The notes beneath the pieces were generated by a model, which did not search any database, was not told where the DNA came from, and was given only the letters and a program-made list of their open reading frames with translations. This document shows, piece by piece, positions 55,998 to 64,000 of a DNA stretch of 64,000 nt. The position numbers and the translations under genes are program-made. This stretch comes from Candidatus Moraniibacteriota bacterium. GTDB taxonomy: Bacteria > Patescibacteriota > Minisyncoccia > Moranbacterales > UBA11712. The DNA lies in contig JAQVJV010000002.1 of NCBI GenBank assembly GCA_028695025.1, positions 18,998 through 82,997 of the forward strand. Direction: 5' to 3'. The stretch's first letter is position 1; the number at the start of each line of letters is the position of its first letter.

Positions 55998-57305
55998 TCA
56001 ATTCATCCCGTTGGCTTTTTTGTAGGCTTTCCATTGTTTTACGGACCAGTTGTCCGGTTTTTCAGTGATTTTTTCCTCTCCCGGGTGGGGATAAAGGGAA
56101 GGAGATTTGTAGTTGCTCTTGAAAGTGTCCTTGCGGATCAAATTGCCGTCCGAGTCATAAACTTCTTGATAAGCAACGGTTTTCATTGATCCGTCGCCGT
56201 TTTTCTCCAAAACTTCCGGGCCGATGATTTTGGTTTCGCGGCCGTCGCTTGTCCCATAAAAATCAAAAAATAGCTGGGTGCCTTCAACGCGCGTTTCGAC
56301 GAGAATATAATTGGGCGTGTTGTTTATGAACTTGAGATCCGGCTTGGGGATGTAGACTGTGGCATCAAGCCCTTGCGGGTTGTAGTAGGACACCGGATAG
56401 GCGTGATTGGTGCGGGCGGTTACTTCAAGCCCGGCGTTGAGAGCCGCCCGGAACATAGTGGTGGAAACCTGGCACATACCTCCTCCGTATTCGGGAACGG
56501 TTTTGTCCGTTTTGATGACGAGTTCGGGGAGATATCCGGTGGACGCGTCAACTGGTCCCAAAGCCTCAATGAAAGAAAATTCTTCGTTGGGTTTGATGAG
56601 GACGCCGTCGAATTTCGAAGCACCAGTAGTGACATTGTGGATCCGATTTTTGGGAGAGCCGCGGAAATTGGAAACGCCTTCGCCGACGAGCTCTTTTATG
56701 CCGTACTTGTCAAGATCGGTGCTGGTCACTTCCGGCTTCAAGATGTCGGTTGGAAGTGTGATATCTTTGGCGGACGGATCGTTTGCAAGGGCTTGTTCTA
56801 CATCGGAAAGGCTTTGATCACTGTTGATTTCATAGCCGTCTTTTGAAAGGGAGAAGGCGCTCACATCTCCTCCGGAAAAAGACAATTTTGCGTCTTCTGC
56901 CGGGACGCGCGTGTCATCTTTCACTTTTTCCAGGTAGGTTTTTAATTGGTCGGTGTCGATGGTGAGGCGGTTGGAAAGACGGACATGGGTGCGGCTTTGG
57001 TCCAAATCGATAAAGCGAAAAAATATTTGAAGGGCCGGTTCGGAAGCGGCGGGAGAATAGTTGATATTTGTCGCTTCGGCGCTCCAGCTGGCATCAAAAG
57101 CCAGGGAGGAACGGATTTTCAGCCATCCGGAAAGCGTATTCTTGTCGGCGGTTATGGTTTTGTCCTGGACATGAAAGTTGATTGGCCCGCCGATGATTTT
57201 TTGAATTTCATCTGCGGAAAAATTGCCGAGAATTTTTTCTTCGGCCCGAACTGAAAAAGGCAAAACAAAAAAAACTATTTGGATGATGAGAAAAATCCGT
57301 TTCAT
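55998..57305 (-). CDS. VanW-domain secreted protein
   Basis: Signal peptide MKRIFLIIQIVFFVLPFSVRA. VanW core GGGMCQVSTTMFRAALNAGLEV. Confidence 0.65.
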   Translation of the reverse strand: MKRIFLIIQIVFFVLPFSVRAEEKILGNFSADEIQKIIGGPINFHVQDKTITADKNTLSGWLKIRSSLAFDASWSAEATNINYSPAASEPALQIFFRFIDLDQSRTHVRLSNRLTIDTDQLKTYLEKVKDDTRVPAEDAKLSFSGGDVSAFSLSKDGYEINSDQSLSDVEQALANDPSAKDITLPTDILKPEVTSTDLDKYGIKELVGEGVSNFRGSPKNRIHNVTTGASKFDGVLIKPNEEFSFIEALGPVDASTGYLPELVIKTDKTVPEYGGGMCQVSTTMFRAALNAGLEVTARTNHAYPVSYYNPQGLDATVYIPKPDLKFINNTPNYILVETRVEGTQLFFDFYGTSDGRETKIIGPEVLEKNGDGSMKTVAYQEVYDSDGNLIRKDTFKSNYKSPSLYPHPGEEKITEKPDNWSVKQWKAYKKANGMN

Positions 57306-57349
57306 TGACTTAAGAATAACCCAAAAGGCGGTGTTTTACAAGGTTATAA

Positions 57350-57376
57350 AAACGAGCCGTACGGCCCGTTTAAAAT
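57350..57376 (-). terminator. Rho-independent terminator after the hsp20 gene
   Basis: AAACGAGCCGTACGGCCCGTTT palindrome, with a T-run on the minus strand. Confidence 0.55.
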
Positions 57377-57397
57377 TGCTTTTTTGGATTGATCAGC

Positions 57398-57961
57398 CTA
57401 GAATCCTCGCACCTGGATCCTCTTGCTTTTAGTCGTATCAGCTTTGGGAAGGCGGATAGTGAGGATGCCGTTTTTCATAGCCGCTTCGGCTTTGTCGGCG
57501 ATCACTTCCACGGGAAGGATGACGGATCGGGAAAAGGTTCCCCAATAACATTCCTGATAATAATAATTTTCGGTTTCCACCGCCTCGTCATTTTTGCGGT
57601 CGCCGCGGATTGTCACCATATCGTTGTTGATCGACACATCCAGATCCTCCGGTTTCACGCCGGCAATAGTGGACTTGATCACAATTTCGTTGTCGGTCTG
57701 ATAGACATCGATAGTGAGCTGGCCTTCCGAATCACCGGCCCAGCTTTCTTCCGGTTCTTGGGCGGGGGGATTTTGGGTCATCGGTTCGACATCATAATCA
57801 CCTTGCGGAAAATTCTGGGTCTGGATCGGTTGAGGATTCATATCTCGCGGCTGTTGCTGGGGCTGATAGTTGAATTGCTGGCTTTGGGAACGGTAAGAAT
57901 TTTCTTCTGGAATATTGCGGGATCCGGTGAGCCTTTCAAAAAATGATTTTTTTTCTTTCAT
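57398..57961 (-). CDS. Hsp20/alpha-crystallin small heat-shock protein with Q/P-rich disordered N-terminus
   Basis: GQLTIDVYQTDNEIVIKSTIAGVKPEDLDVSI...GTFSRSVILPVEV...NGILTIRLPK alpha-crystallin domain. Confidence 0.85.
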   Translation of the reverse strand: MKEKKSFFERLTGSRNIPEENSYRSQSQQFNYQPQQQPRDMNPQPIQTQNFPQGDYDVEPMTQNPPAQEPEESWAGDSEGQLTIDVYQTDNEIVIKSTIAGVKPEDLDVSINNDMVTIRGDRKNDEAVETENYYYQECYWGTFSRSVILPVEVIADKAEAAMKNGILTIRLPKADTTKSKRIQVRGF

Positions 57962-58037
57962 GGTTTTTGCGAAATACGAATTAAGCGAAAATACGAAAAG
58001 TTATTTTGCTTTTTTTAGTATATAACTAGTTATGCGG

Positions 58038-58643
58038 TTAGGCAAGTTTGCGAAAATTGAACGCCAGAATAGCAATGCCTATAAAGTAAAAAACAGAAAG
58101 TGAAATAACAACAAGATAGTTTGTGAAATTGCCCTTTTGGATGACGAGAAAATTATAAAGCAGGTGGTTGAGAACAGGGAAGAAGAGAATTTTGACCGGT
58201 TTTAAAGGGGTAGAAAAAGTGTTTGAGGAAATAAAAACGCCCATCAAAAAAGCGGTGAGGGTGTGAAGGGCAAGGATTGATCCCAGGGAAAATAATATCT
58301 GCGGCTCATGGATCCGGAAGGCTTGGAAAACTTCCGGATTGGCATAAAATATCAAGCCGATTTCGGAAAGCCCCCAAAATGCGCCGAGGAAAAAAGAAGC
58401 AATGGCAAGCTTCACCCCGGAAAGTTCGATTTTTTTCCGGATAACAAAAAATATTGCCCAAAATTTGGACAGTTCTTCAATGATCACGGAAACAGCCAGA
58501 AAACAGGTGAGGTTTTGATAAAAATTGGAAACTATTTCCCGTTGCCAAAAAACGTCGGCGGCCACGGCAATAATCTGCTCCAAAAATACGGCTATGGCGG
58601 CAGAAACAACGGCGAGAATGATGATTTTTATTGCGGTTTTCAT
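58038..58643 (-). CDS. Polytopic membrane protein, possible PrsW/CPBP-type intramembrane protease
   Basis: IIEELSKFW (EExxK-like) in TM1; about 6 TM helices. The ORF track extends to 58697, overlapping tsaD. Confidence 0.35.
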   Translation of the reverse strand: MKTAIKIIILAVVSAAIAVFLEQIIAVAADVFWQREIVSNFYQNLTCFLAVSVIIEELSKFWAIFFVIRKKIELSGVKLAIASFFLGAFWGLSEIGLIFYANPEVFQAFRIHEPQILFSLGSILALHTLTAFLMGVFISSNTFSTPLKPVKILFFPVLNHLLYNFLVIQKGNFTNYLVVISLSVFYFIGIAILAFNFRKLA

Positions 58644-58647
58644 TTTT

Positions 58648-59760
58648 TTATAGGGCCAATCCTGCGTCGGCCTCCAGATTTTTCCAGTTGGTTTCAAATT
58701 TCTTTTTGTTTTTGGCGAGAGTGTATTGGAAGTATCCGGCGACGGCGATCATGGCGGCGTTATCGAGCGAGTATTGAGTATCGGGCATGAAGTATAGAGT
58801 ATTTTTCAGATTATTTTTGATGGCTTCTCCGAGCTGTTTTCGCAGTTCTTCATTCGCGGAGACTCCGCCGCCAAGCAAAATCGTTTTCGGCTTGTATTTT
58901 TTTGCCGCTTTCAAAGTTTTTGCCACTAAAACGTCAATGACGGCTTGCTGAAATTCGGCACAAAGCGCGGTGGTCATTTTTTTGTCTTTCAATATCACCG
59001 GATTTTTTTTCACAGCATAAAGAGCGGCGGTCTTGAGGCCGGAAAAAGAAAAATTGAGATTATTCGAATTAAGCATCGGCCGGGGGAGCCGAAGGCTCAA
59101 CCTTCGGCGGTCCGAAGGTTGAGCCTTCGGATTTGCGGATTTTTGCGCGGTCAAAATTTTTTCAGCTTCAGCCGCAACTATCGGTCCGCCGGGATAACCA
59201 AGATTCAAAATTTTCGCCACTTTATCAAAAGCCTCGCCAGCCGCATCATCCAGGGTTTCTCCGATAATCCGAAAGTCCATGTGTTTCTTCATGAGTATGA
59301 GCTGTGTATGCCCGCCGGAGACAATTAAGGCTAAAACCGGAAATTTGATAGATTTGGAATTTGGAATTTGGTTATTGGAATTTTCGCGAACAAAGTTCGC
59401 GTATATGTGTCCCGCAATATGATGCGCTCCGACAAGCGGTACGCGCCAGGCGTAGGCGAGAGCCTTCGCCGAATTGGTGCCGATGAGAAGCGCCGGGATG
59501 AGCCCCGGACCCTGGGTGACGGTGATGATATCAATGTCTTTCGGCGCAAGTTTGTTTTCCCGGATGGTTTTTTTCAGAAGAAGCGGCAGGTTTTTAAGAT
59601 GCTCCCGGGCGGCAAGATTGGGGACAACTCCGCCGAAAGGAGCGTGGATTTTCACTTGCGATGACACTAGGTCGGAAAGCACCTGAAAGCGGCCTTTTTC
59701 GGCTTTCACGAGAGCGACGGCGGTTTCATCGCAGGAAGTTTCAATGGCGAGGATATTCAT
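58648..59760 (-). CDS. tsaD: tRNA N6-adenosine threonylcarbamoyltransferase TsaD, with a 14-aa palindrome-encoded insertion
   Basis: MNILAIETSCDETAVAL. AHHIAGH metal site. GGGVSAN. Insert ...KAQPSDRRRLSLRL... encoded by the 59089-59130 palindrome. Confidence 0.9.
   Translation of the reverse strand: MNILAIETSCDETAVALVKAEKGRFQVLSDLVSSQVKIHAPFGGVVPNLAAREHLKNLPLLLKKTIRENKLAPKDIDIITVTQGPGLIPALLIGTNSAKALAYAWRVPLVGAHHIAGHIYANFVRENSNNQIPNSKSIKFPVLALIVSGGHTQLILMKKHMDFRIIGETLDDAAGEAFDKVAKILNLGYPGGPIVAAEAEKILTAQKSANPKAQPSDRRRLSLRLPRPMLNSNNLNFSFSGLKTAALYAVKKNPVILKDKKMTTALCAEFQQAVIDVLVAKTLKAAKKYKPKTILLGGGVSANEELRKQLGEAIKNNLKNTLYFMPDTQYSLDNAAMIAVAGYFQYTLAKNKKKFETNWKNLEADAGLAL
59089..59130. repeat. GC-rich 19+4+19 nt palindrome CCGAAGGCTCAACCTTCGG-CGGT-CCGAAGGTTGAGCCTTCGG inside tsaD
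   Basis: Each 19-mer is itself a 7-bp-stem hairpin, and the two are exact reverse complements. In-frame, 42 nt. Confidence 0.9.
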
Positions 59761-59846
59761 GAGATAAGTATAGAGTATTTAGTATAATGTATAAAGTTTT
59801 TCTTCTGCCAACCAAAAACCGCCCAAGAGAGGGAGGTTTTTTAAAT

Positions 59847-59921
59847 TGGTAGCCCCAAGGGGAGTCGAACCCCTCTTTTCAGGATGAAAACCTAATGTCC
59901 TAACCGATAGACGATGGGGCC
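59847..59921 (-). tRNA. tRNA-Glu (anticodon TTC), CCA encoded
   Basis: GGCCCCA acceptor (G1-U72 wobble). TTAGG-TTTTCAT-CCTGA anticodon arm. AGGGG-TTCGACT-CCCCT T arm. ACCA 3' end. Confidence 0.85.
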
Positions 59922-60040
59922 GCTTGATGCGGCGATACGCTGGATATCATAGCAAAAATGGGTGAATTCGTCAAGAATTGCGGATCCAGGCAAATTCCGG
60001 ATGCTTTGAAAAATCCAGCCGATTTGATATAATCGGCTAT

Positions 60041-60385
60041 ATGAAAAAGGTTGAGAAAAATATCTCTTTAGGCGAGCTTCGGCAGATGGCTGAAAATATG
60101 TTTGGCAACCTGGTGAAAGCGGTGGTTGATGTCGAAAAAGGAACCATGGCGGTTGACGCGGAACTCCATGCCGATGAGGAAGCTTTTCTTTTGGAAAAAG
60201 GTTCACAACAAAAAAATCTTTGGGGAATCAATCTTTATCCGGAATTTTTCGGCCAAGATGATTTTGTGGAATTCGATTCGATGGTCAATCTGCGCCCTTC
60301 GCAGGAAAATCGCAGCCGGGGAGTGGAAAATCCGGAAATTCGAAAAAAAATCCGGGAAATAATCGCTAATTTAGTCACGAAATGA
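60041..60385 (+). CDS. Hypothetical protein
   Basis: MKKVEKNISLGELRQMAENMFGN... The ORF track starts at 59978. No motif recognised. Confidence 0.4.
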   Translation: MKKVEKNISLGELRQMAENMFGNLVKAVVDVEKGTMAVDAELHADEEAFLLEKGSQQKNLWGINLYPEFFGQDDFVEFDSMVNLRPSQENRSRGVENPEIRKKIREIIANLVTK

Positions 60386-60714
60386 AGCCCCAGCATCAAC
60401 AATTGGCGGATGGAAAATGGGAGAGTATGGACTTTTTTCAGCAAATGGCCAATGTCGGCAGTGAAGTGGAGCGGGCGATCAGATGGAACGAAAAGAAAAA
60501 CGCGGCTTATGGCCGGATGGCCTTTGAAAGGTCTCTTGAGCTTCTGGATTTCACGATTGCGGACAGAAAAAACAGGAAGAGGCTGAAAGAACTCTTGAGA
60601 TTGAGAGAATTTTTGGCCGATTATTTCTTTTTCGGGAATATTTATCGGTCAACAAAAAAAAGCTGGCAGAACTATTTTTTCAGTTTCAATTATGCCGCCA
60701 GGCTCGGACGCTGA
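60382..60714 (+). CDS. Hypothetical protein
   Basis: 110 aa. ATGA start/stop overlap with the upstream ORF. Confidence 0.4.
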   Translation: MKPQHQQLADGKWESMDFFQQMANVGSEVERAIRWNEKKNAAYGRMAFERSLELLDFTIADRKNRKRLKELLRLREFLADYFFFGNIYRSTKKSWQNYFFSFNYAARLGR

Positions 60715-60737
60715 AACGTGAAATCATGCTCCGCTTG

Positions 60738-60766
60738 ACAAGATATTGCAAAAAGTCCAATATTTT
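60738..60766 (+). promoter_or_regulatory. Putative sigma70 promoter for hup (TTGCAA, 17 bp, TATAAT)
   Basis: TTGCAA at 60738-60743 and TATAAT at 60761-60766. Confidence 0.5.
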
Positions 60767-60816
60767 GCTATAATTCAAGAAGTTAAGCTCGAAATTAACA
60801 TTAACCGCAAAATTCC

Positions 60817-61089
60817 ATGAAGAAAAAAGAACTCGTGGAGGCAATCGTCAAGAAGACGGAGCTTGCCAAAAAAGACGTCGTTCTCGTCCTTGAGACGATG
60901 GCGGAAGTGGTGAAAAGCCATGTCGCCAAAGAAGCCGTCGAGATTCCGGGGCTTGTGAAAGTCGAGAAAAAGCATCGGGCCGCCCGCATGGGCCGCAACC
61001 CGATGACCGGTGAATCGATCCAGATTCCGGCCAAGTCCGTCCTGAAAGCCCGCGTGCTGAAGAAGCTCAAAGACGCGGTGATGAAATAA
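60817..61089 (+). CDS. hup: DNA-binding protein HU
   Basis: MKKKELVEAIVKKTELAKKDVVLVLETMAEVV...RMGRNPMTGESIQIPAKSVLKARVLKKLKDAV. Confidence 0.9.
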   Translation: MKKKELVEAIVKKTELAKKDVVLVLETMAEVVKSHVAKEAVEIPGLVKVEKKHRAARMGRNPMTGESIQIPAKSVLKARVLKKLKDAVMK

Positions 61090-61228
61090 GACGAACCATA
61101 TCTTTCAAAAAATTCCTCCATAGCGGGGGATTTTTTGATTTTTGGGTCGGATATGATACGATTAGCTTGCCATGGAAAGAAAAAAAATCGCAAAACCCCG
61201 AAATATCTTTTTTAAAGAGAAGAATGAT

Positions 61229-61928
61229 ATGGGCATATTGCTTCTTCACGGCTGGACGGCGCCGGCCGATGTTTTTTTGCCCATGGCGGAATATTTCAAT
61301 TCGCTTGGCTTCACCGGTCTCCGCGCCGTTTCTGCGGGGCCATGGGACGGTGCCTGAAGATCTCGAGGGGGTGGTTTGGCGGGATTGGCTGGAGGACGTG
61401 CAGGAAGCGTTCCGTGACTTAAAAAAAGAATCTTCAAAAATTTTTATTGCAGGTTCATCAATGGGCGGGGATCTTGCCATGCTTCTTTCCGAAGAAAAGG
61501 ATGTTTCCGGGGTTATTTCTCTTGGAACTCCCATTGAATTTCATTTTCAGTTTTTGGCGGAATCTGCACTTCGAATCCTTGGCGCTTTTAAAACTTATCG
61601 CCGGAAATATTATCCTCCCTGGGTGTCGAAAGACGCGATTGATCCTCGACTGTATCCGTATTATCCGATTGCGAGTGCGCAGGAGGTAGTGAAGCTAGCA
61701 AAATACACAGGGGAATGTTTACTCTGGGTCACAAAGCCAATTTTGATAGCTCAATCTACAAGCGACCACCTTGTCTCCAAAAAATCTCCGCAAATAATTT
61801 TTGACCGAAGCAGTTCCTCTCAAAAGGAAATATATTGGGTTGAAAACGGGCACCATGTTTTTGTGGAAAAAGAGGAAATATGGAAGAAGATTGAAGATTT
61901 TATAAAATTAGCGAGTCAAGACAATTAG
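61229..61928 (+). pseudogene. Alpha/beta-hydrolase (esterase/lipase, GSSMGG nucleophile elbow) with a +1 frameshift near 61314-61318
   Basis: N-terminus MGILLLHGWTAPADVF...NSLGFTG is in the frame of ORF 61172-61357. The rest, ...SAPFLRGHGTVPEDL...FIAGSSMGGDLAM..., is in the frame of ORF 61167-61928. Deleting one G in ACCGGTC restores a single ORF. Confidence 0.6.
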
Positions 61929-62031
61929 TTTCGGCTATATTTCAACTTTATTTCTATTGCATTTCAGAAATACGGAAGAAATAAACCCGCCTTACTTGCG
62001 AAATAAGTTGAGATTTAGGAATATATTTTCA

Positions 62032-63186
62032 ATGAAAATTGCAATCTTCACCAACAACTATCTTCCCAATCCTTTCGGCGTTTCCGGTTCAATTGAAAGT
62101 TTCCGGAAAGTTTTTGAAAAAAAAGGCCACACAGCCTATATTTTCGCGCCGTATTGGAAAGGTTATACCGACTCAAATCCGAATGTTTTCCGCTATCCGG
62201 CTTTGAAATTTTCCTCGAAAGGAATCAAGTATCCTTTGCCACTGCCATATTCGAAAAAAATGAATGGGATTATCAAAAAGATGGAATTTGACATCATCCA
62301 TGCCCAGCATCCGAATCTTCTGGGGGCGGCAGGGGCGCATTGGGCAAAAAAGAAAAATGTCCCGCTTGTTTTCACCTGGCACACCCTCTATGACCAATAT
62401 GCTCACTTTGTCCCGCTTGTTCCGCGTAAGATGGCGGCCGCTTGGGCAATTGGAAACGCACGAAAATATGCCAATCGAGCCGATCAAGTAATTGTTCCAA
62501 CGCCTTCGGTCGGCGAAATCATCAAAAATTGGGGCGTGACGAACGAAAATATCGAAGCAGTTCCGACCGGAGTGGAAGAAGATCAATTCTCAAATCTGGA
62601 TAAGGAAATTATCCGTGAAAAATATGGCATAAAAAAAGATGAAATACTACTTTTTGTGATGACGCGCCTCACAGAGGAGAAAAATGTTTTGTTTTTGTTT
62701 GACGCGGCGGTCGGAATTCTGGAAAAAAATCCGAAAACGAAATTCATGATCTGCGGGGACGGGGGGTTGAAGAAGGAGATAGCGAAAAAAATTGACGGGC
62801 TGGGGCTTCGTGAGCGGATCATTTTAGCGGGGATAGTCTCGAGCGATGAGAAAAAAAATTATTATGCCGCGGGAGATATTTTTGTTTATGCCTCGAAATC
62901 GGAAACGCAGGGGATGATTCTTACGGAAGCGATGTATTCCGGACTGCCGATTGTTGCGGTGCGGACAACGGGCGTAAAAGACGTTGTCGAAGACGGACGG
63001 ACGGGGTTTTTGACGGAGGAAGATCGGGAAGAATTTTCCGAAGCGGCGCAAAAATTGATCGATGACGCGGAGTTACGCCGGAATTTTGGCGAAGAGGCGG
63101 CGCGAACGGCGCGGGAAAAATATACGGCGACGGTTTGCGGGGAAAGGATGCTGGGGGTATATGAGAGAGTGATAAATAAAAAATAA
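62032..63186 (+). CDS. Glycosyltransferase family 4 (GT-B, group 1)
   Basis: MKIAIFTNNYLPNPFGVSGSIESF. C-terminal EX7E-like region ...FVYASKSETQGMILTEAMYSGLPIVA. The ORF track starts at 61957. Confidence 0.75.
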   Translation: MKIAIFTNNYLPNPFGVSGSIESFRKVFEKKGHTAYIFAPYWKGYTDSNPNVFRYPALKFSSKGIKYPLPLPYSKKMNGIIKKMEFDIIHAQHPNLLGAAGAHWAKKKNVPLVFTWHTLYDQYAHFVPLVPRKMAAAWAIGNARKYANRADQVIVPTPSVGEIIKNWGVTNENIEAVPTGVEEDQFSNLDKEIIREKYGIKKDEILLFVMTRLTEEKNVLFLFDAAVGILEKNPKTKFMICGDGGLKKEIAKKIDGLGLRERIILAGIVSSDEKKNYYAAGDIFVYASKSETQGMILTEAMYSGLPIVAVRTTGVKDVVEDGRTGFLTEEDREEFSEAAQKLIDDAELRRNFGEEAARTAREKYTATVCGERMLGVYERVINKK

Positions 63187-63187
63187 T

Positions 63188-63784
63188 TTGAAAATATTAA
63201 GCCGCCGATTCTATTCTCAAAACACAATCAAGATTGCCCAAGAACTTCTGGGTTGTTTTCTTGTCCGGGAATATCGCGGAAAAATTATGAAAGTGATAAT
63301 CACGGAAACAGAAGCCTATATTGGGGAAAATGATTTGGCGTGTCATGCGTCGCGCGGTCGGACGCCGCGGACGGAAGTGATGTATGGCGTGCCGGGGCAT
63401 GCCTATGTATATATGATCTATGGGATGTATCATTGCCTGAATGTTGTGACGGAAGAAAAAGATTTTCCCGCGGCGGTTTTGATCCGGGGCGGGATAAATC
63501 CCTCTCCAGCTCTCCCTTTAGCAAAGGGAGAGAGTCCGGGTTTCCCCCTTTGGCAAAGGGGGACTAAGGGGGATTTAAACGGTCCCGGAAAACTCTGCCG
63601 GTTTTTGAAAATTGACCGAAAACTTAATACATGGGATCTCACAAAAAGCGAGAAATTGTGGATTGAGGAACGAGATTCGAAAATAAAATTGCCGAAAGTG
63701 ATAAAGTCTCGGCGTATTGGCATCGATTATGCGAAACATTGTAAAGAATATTTATGGAGATATTCCCTGTCATCCCGCACTTGA
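63188..63784 (+). CDS. mpg: DNA-3-methyladenine glycosylase (Mpg/AAG family) carrying an in-frame palindromic-repeat insertion
   Basis: ETEAYIGENDLACHASRGRTPRTEVMYGVPGHAYVYMIYGMYHCLNVV...AVLIRGG[INPSPALPLAKGESPGFPLWQRGTKGDL]NGPGKL...RIGIDYA. The bracketed segment is encoded by two hairpin repeats. Confidence 0.8.
   Translation: MKILSRRFYSQNTIKIAQELLGCFLVREYRGKIMKVIITETEAYIGENDLACHASRGRTPRTEVMYGVPGHAYVYMIYGMYHCLNVVTEEKDFPAAVLIRGGINPSPALPLAKGESPGFPLWQRGTKGDLNGPGKLCRFLKIDRKLNTWDLTKSEKLWIEERDSKIKLPKVIKSRRIGIDYAKHCKEYLWRYSLSSRT
63505..63575. repeat. Two palindromic hairpin repeats inside mpg (CTCTCCCTTT-AGCA-AAGGGAGAG and CCCCCTTTG-G-CAAAGGGGG)
   Basis: Same repeat family as the intergenic copies. 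Located in a surface-loop position of Mpg. Reading frame preserved. Confidence 0.85.
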
Positions 63785-63854
63785 TGCGGGATCCAGAGAT
63801 ATATCTAGTTATGTTTTCTGGATCCCGGCTCAAAGGCCGGGATGACATAATCTA

Positions 63855-64000
63855 ATGAATCTAAATATAAATAGTCAAATCAATATCTCAAGTGATGAAA
63901 CCGCCTTTTCCGAAATCGTAGATGATTATCTCAAGCCGATATATAACTTCACCTATCGCCTGGTAGGCGACAAAGACACGGCCGAGGATCTCACGCAGGA
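63855..64000 (+). CDS. RNA polymerase sigma-70 family factor (ECF-like), 5' partial
   Basis: ...FSEIVDDYLKPIYNFTYRLVGDKDTAEDLTQ matches the sigma region 2.1/2.2 pattern. Continues beyond the window. Confidence 0.55.
   Translation, partial: MNLNINSQINISSDETAFSEIVDDYLKPIYNFTYRLVGDKDTAEDLTQ

Overview
This 64-kb window looks like a compact, low-GC bacterial chromosome segment. Gene content points to a Patescibacteria/CPR-like organism. Signs of that: a type IV pilus locus, an orphan substrate-binding protein, short AT-rich intergenic regions, and standard code 11 (rpoB, rpoC, uvrA and groEL are intact; TGA terminates ftsK and pilB). The lineage call is inference only.

Core genes identified:
- rpoB and rpoC, ftsK, a rodZ-like gene, recA, efp, the rpsF-ssb-rpsR operon, ychF.
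- GDP-mannose genes manC, a phosphomannomutase and a bifunctional PGI/PMI, plus a GT4 glycosyltransferase.
- trpS, a pgsA-like transferase, secG, an orphan family-5 SBP, rnj, uvrA, and groEL with no adjacent groES.
- A complete type IV pilus locus: pilB, pilC, a pilin, a pseudopilin, a PilX-like minor pilin and pilM/N/O. It is bracketed by two histidine-kinase plus receiver-only response-regulator pairs.
- tsaD, an Hsp20, a VanW-domain protein, hup, mpg and the start of a sigma-70 family factor.
- tRNA genes: Leu-CAG, Arg-TCG, His-GTG, Lys-CTT, Arg-TCT (with a 52-nt 5' fragment duplicate nearby) and Glu-TTC.

Accessory and unusual content:
1. A ~2.36-kb GC-richer cargo segment sits in the ychF 5' end, bounded by 65-bp perfect direct repeats. 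It carries decayed ORFs, including an in-frame TGA inside a PD-(D/E)xK-like nuclease ORF.
2. A ~4.4-kb accessory segment follows rpoC. It holds a HEPN/MNT toxin-antitoxin pair, a two-domain SAM-methyltransferase fusion, and a small GIY-YIG gene flanked by 20-bp perfect inverted repeats.
3. Two paralogous TrmB-like regulators with homologous near-consensus promoters bracket the rpoBC block.
4. A family of palindromic CCCTCTCCTT-loop-AAGGAGAGGG hairpin repeats occurs at eight loci. Its 3' arm is a Shine-Dalgarno sequence. One in-frame copy pair sits inside mpg.
5. A separate GC-rich 19+4+19 palindrome sits in-frame inside tsaD.
6. An alpha/beta hydrolase gene is frameshifted.

No CRISPR array or rRNA gene is visible.
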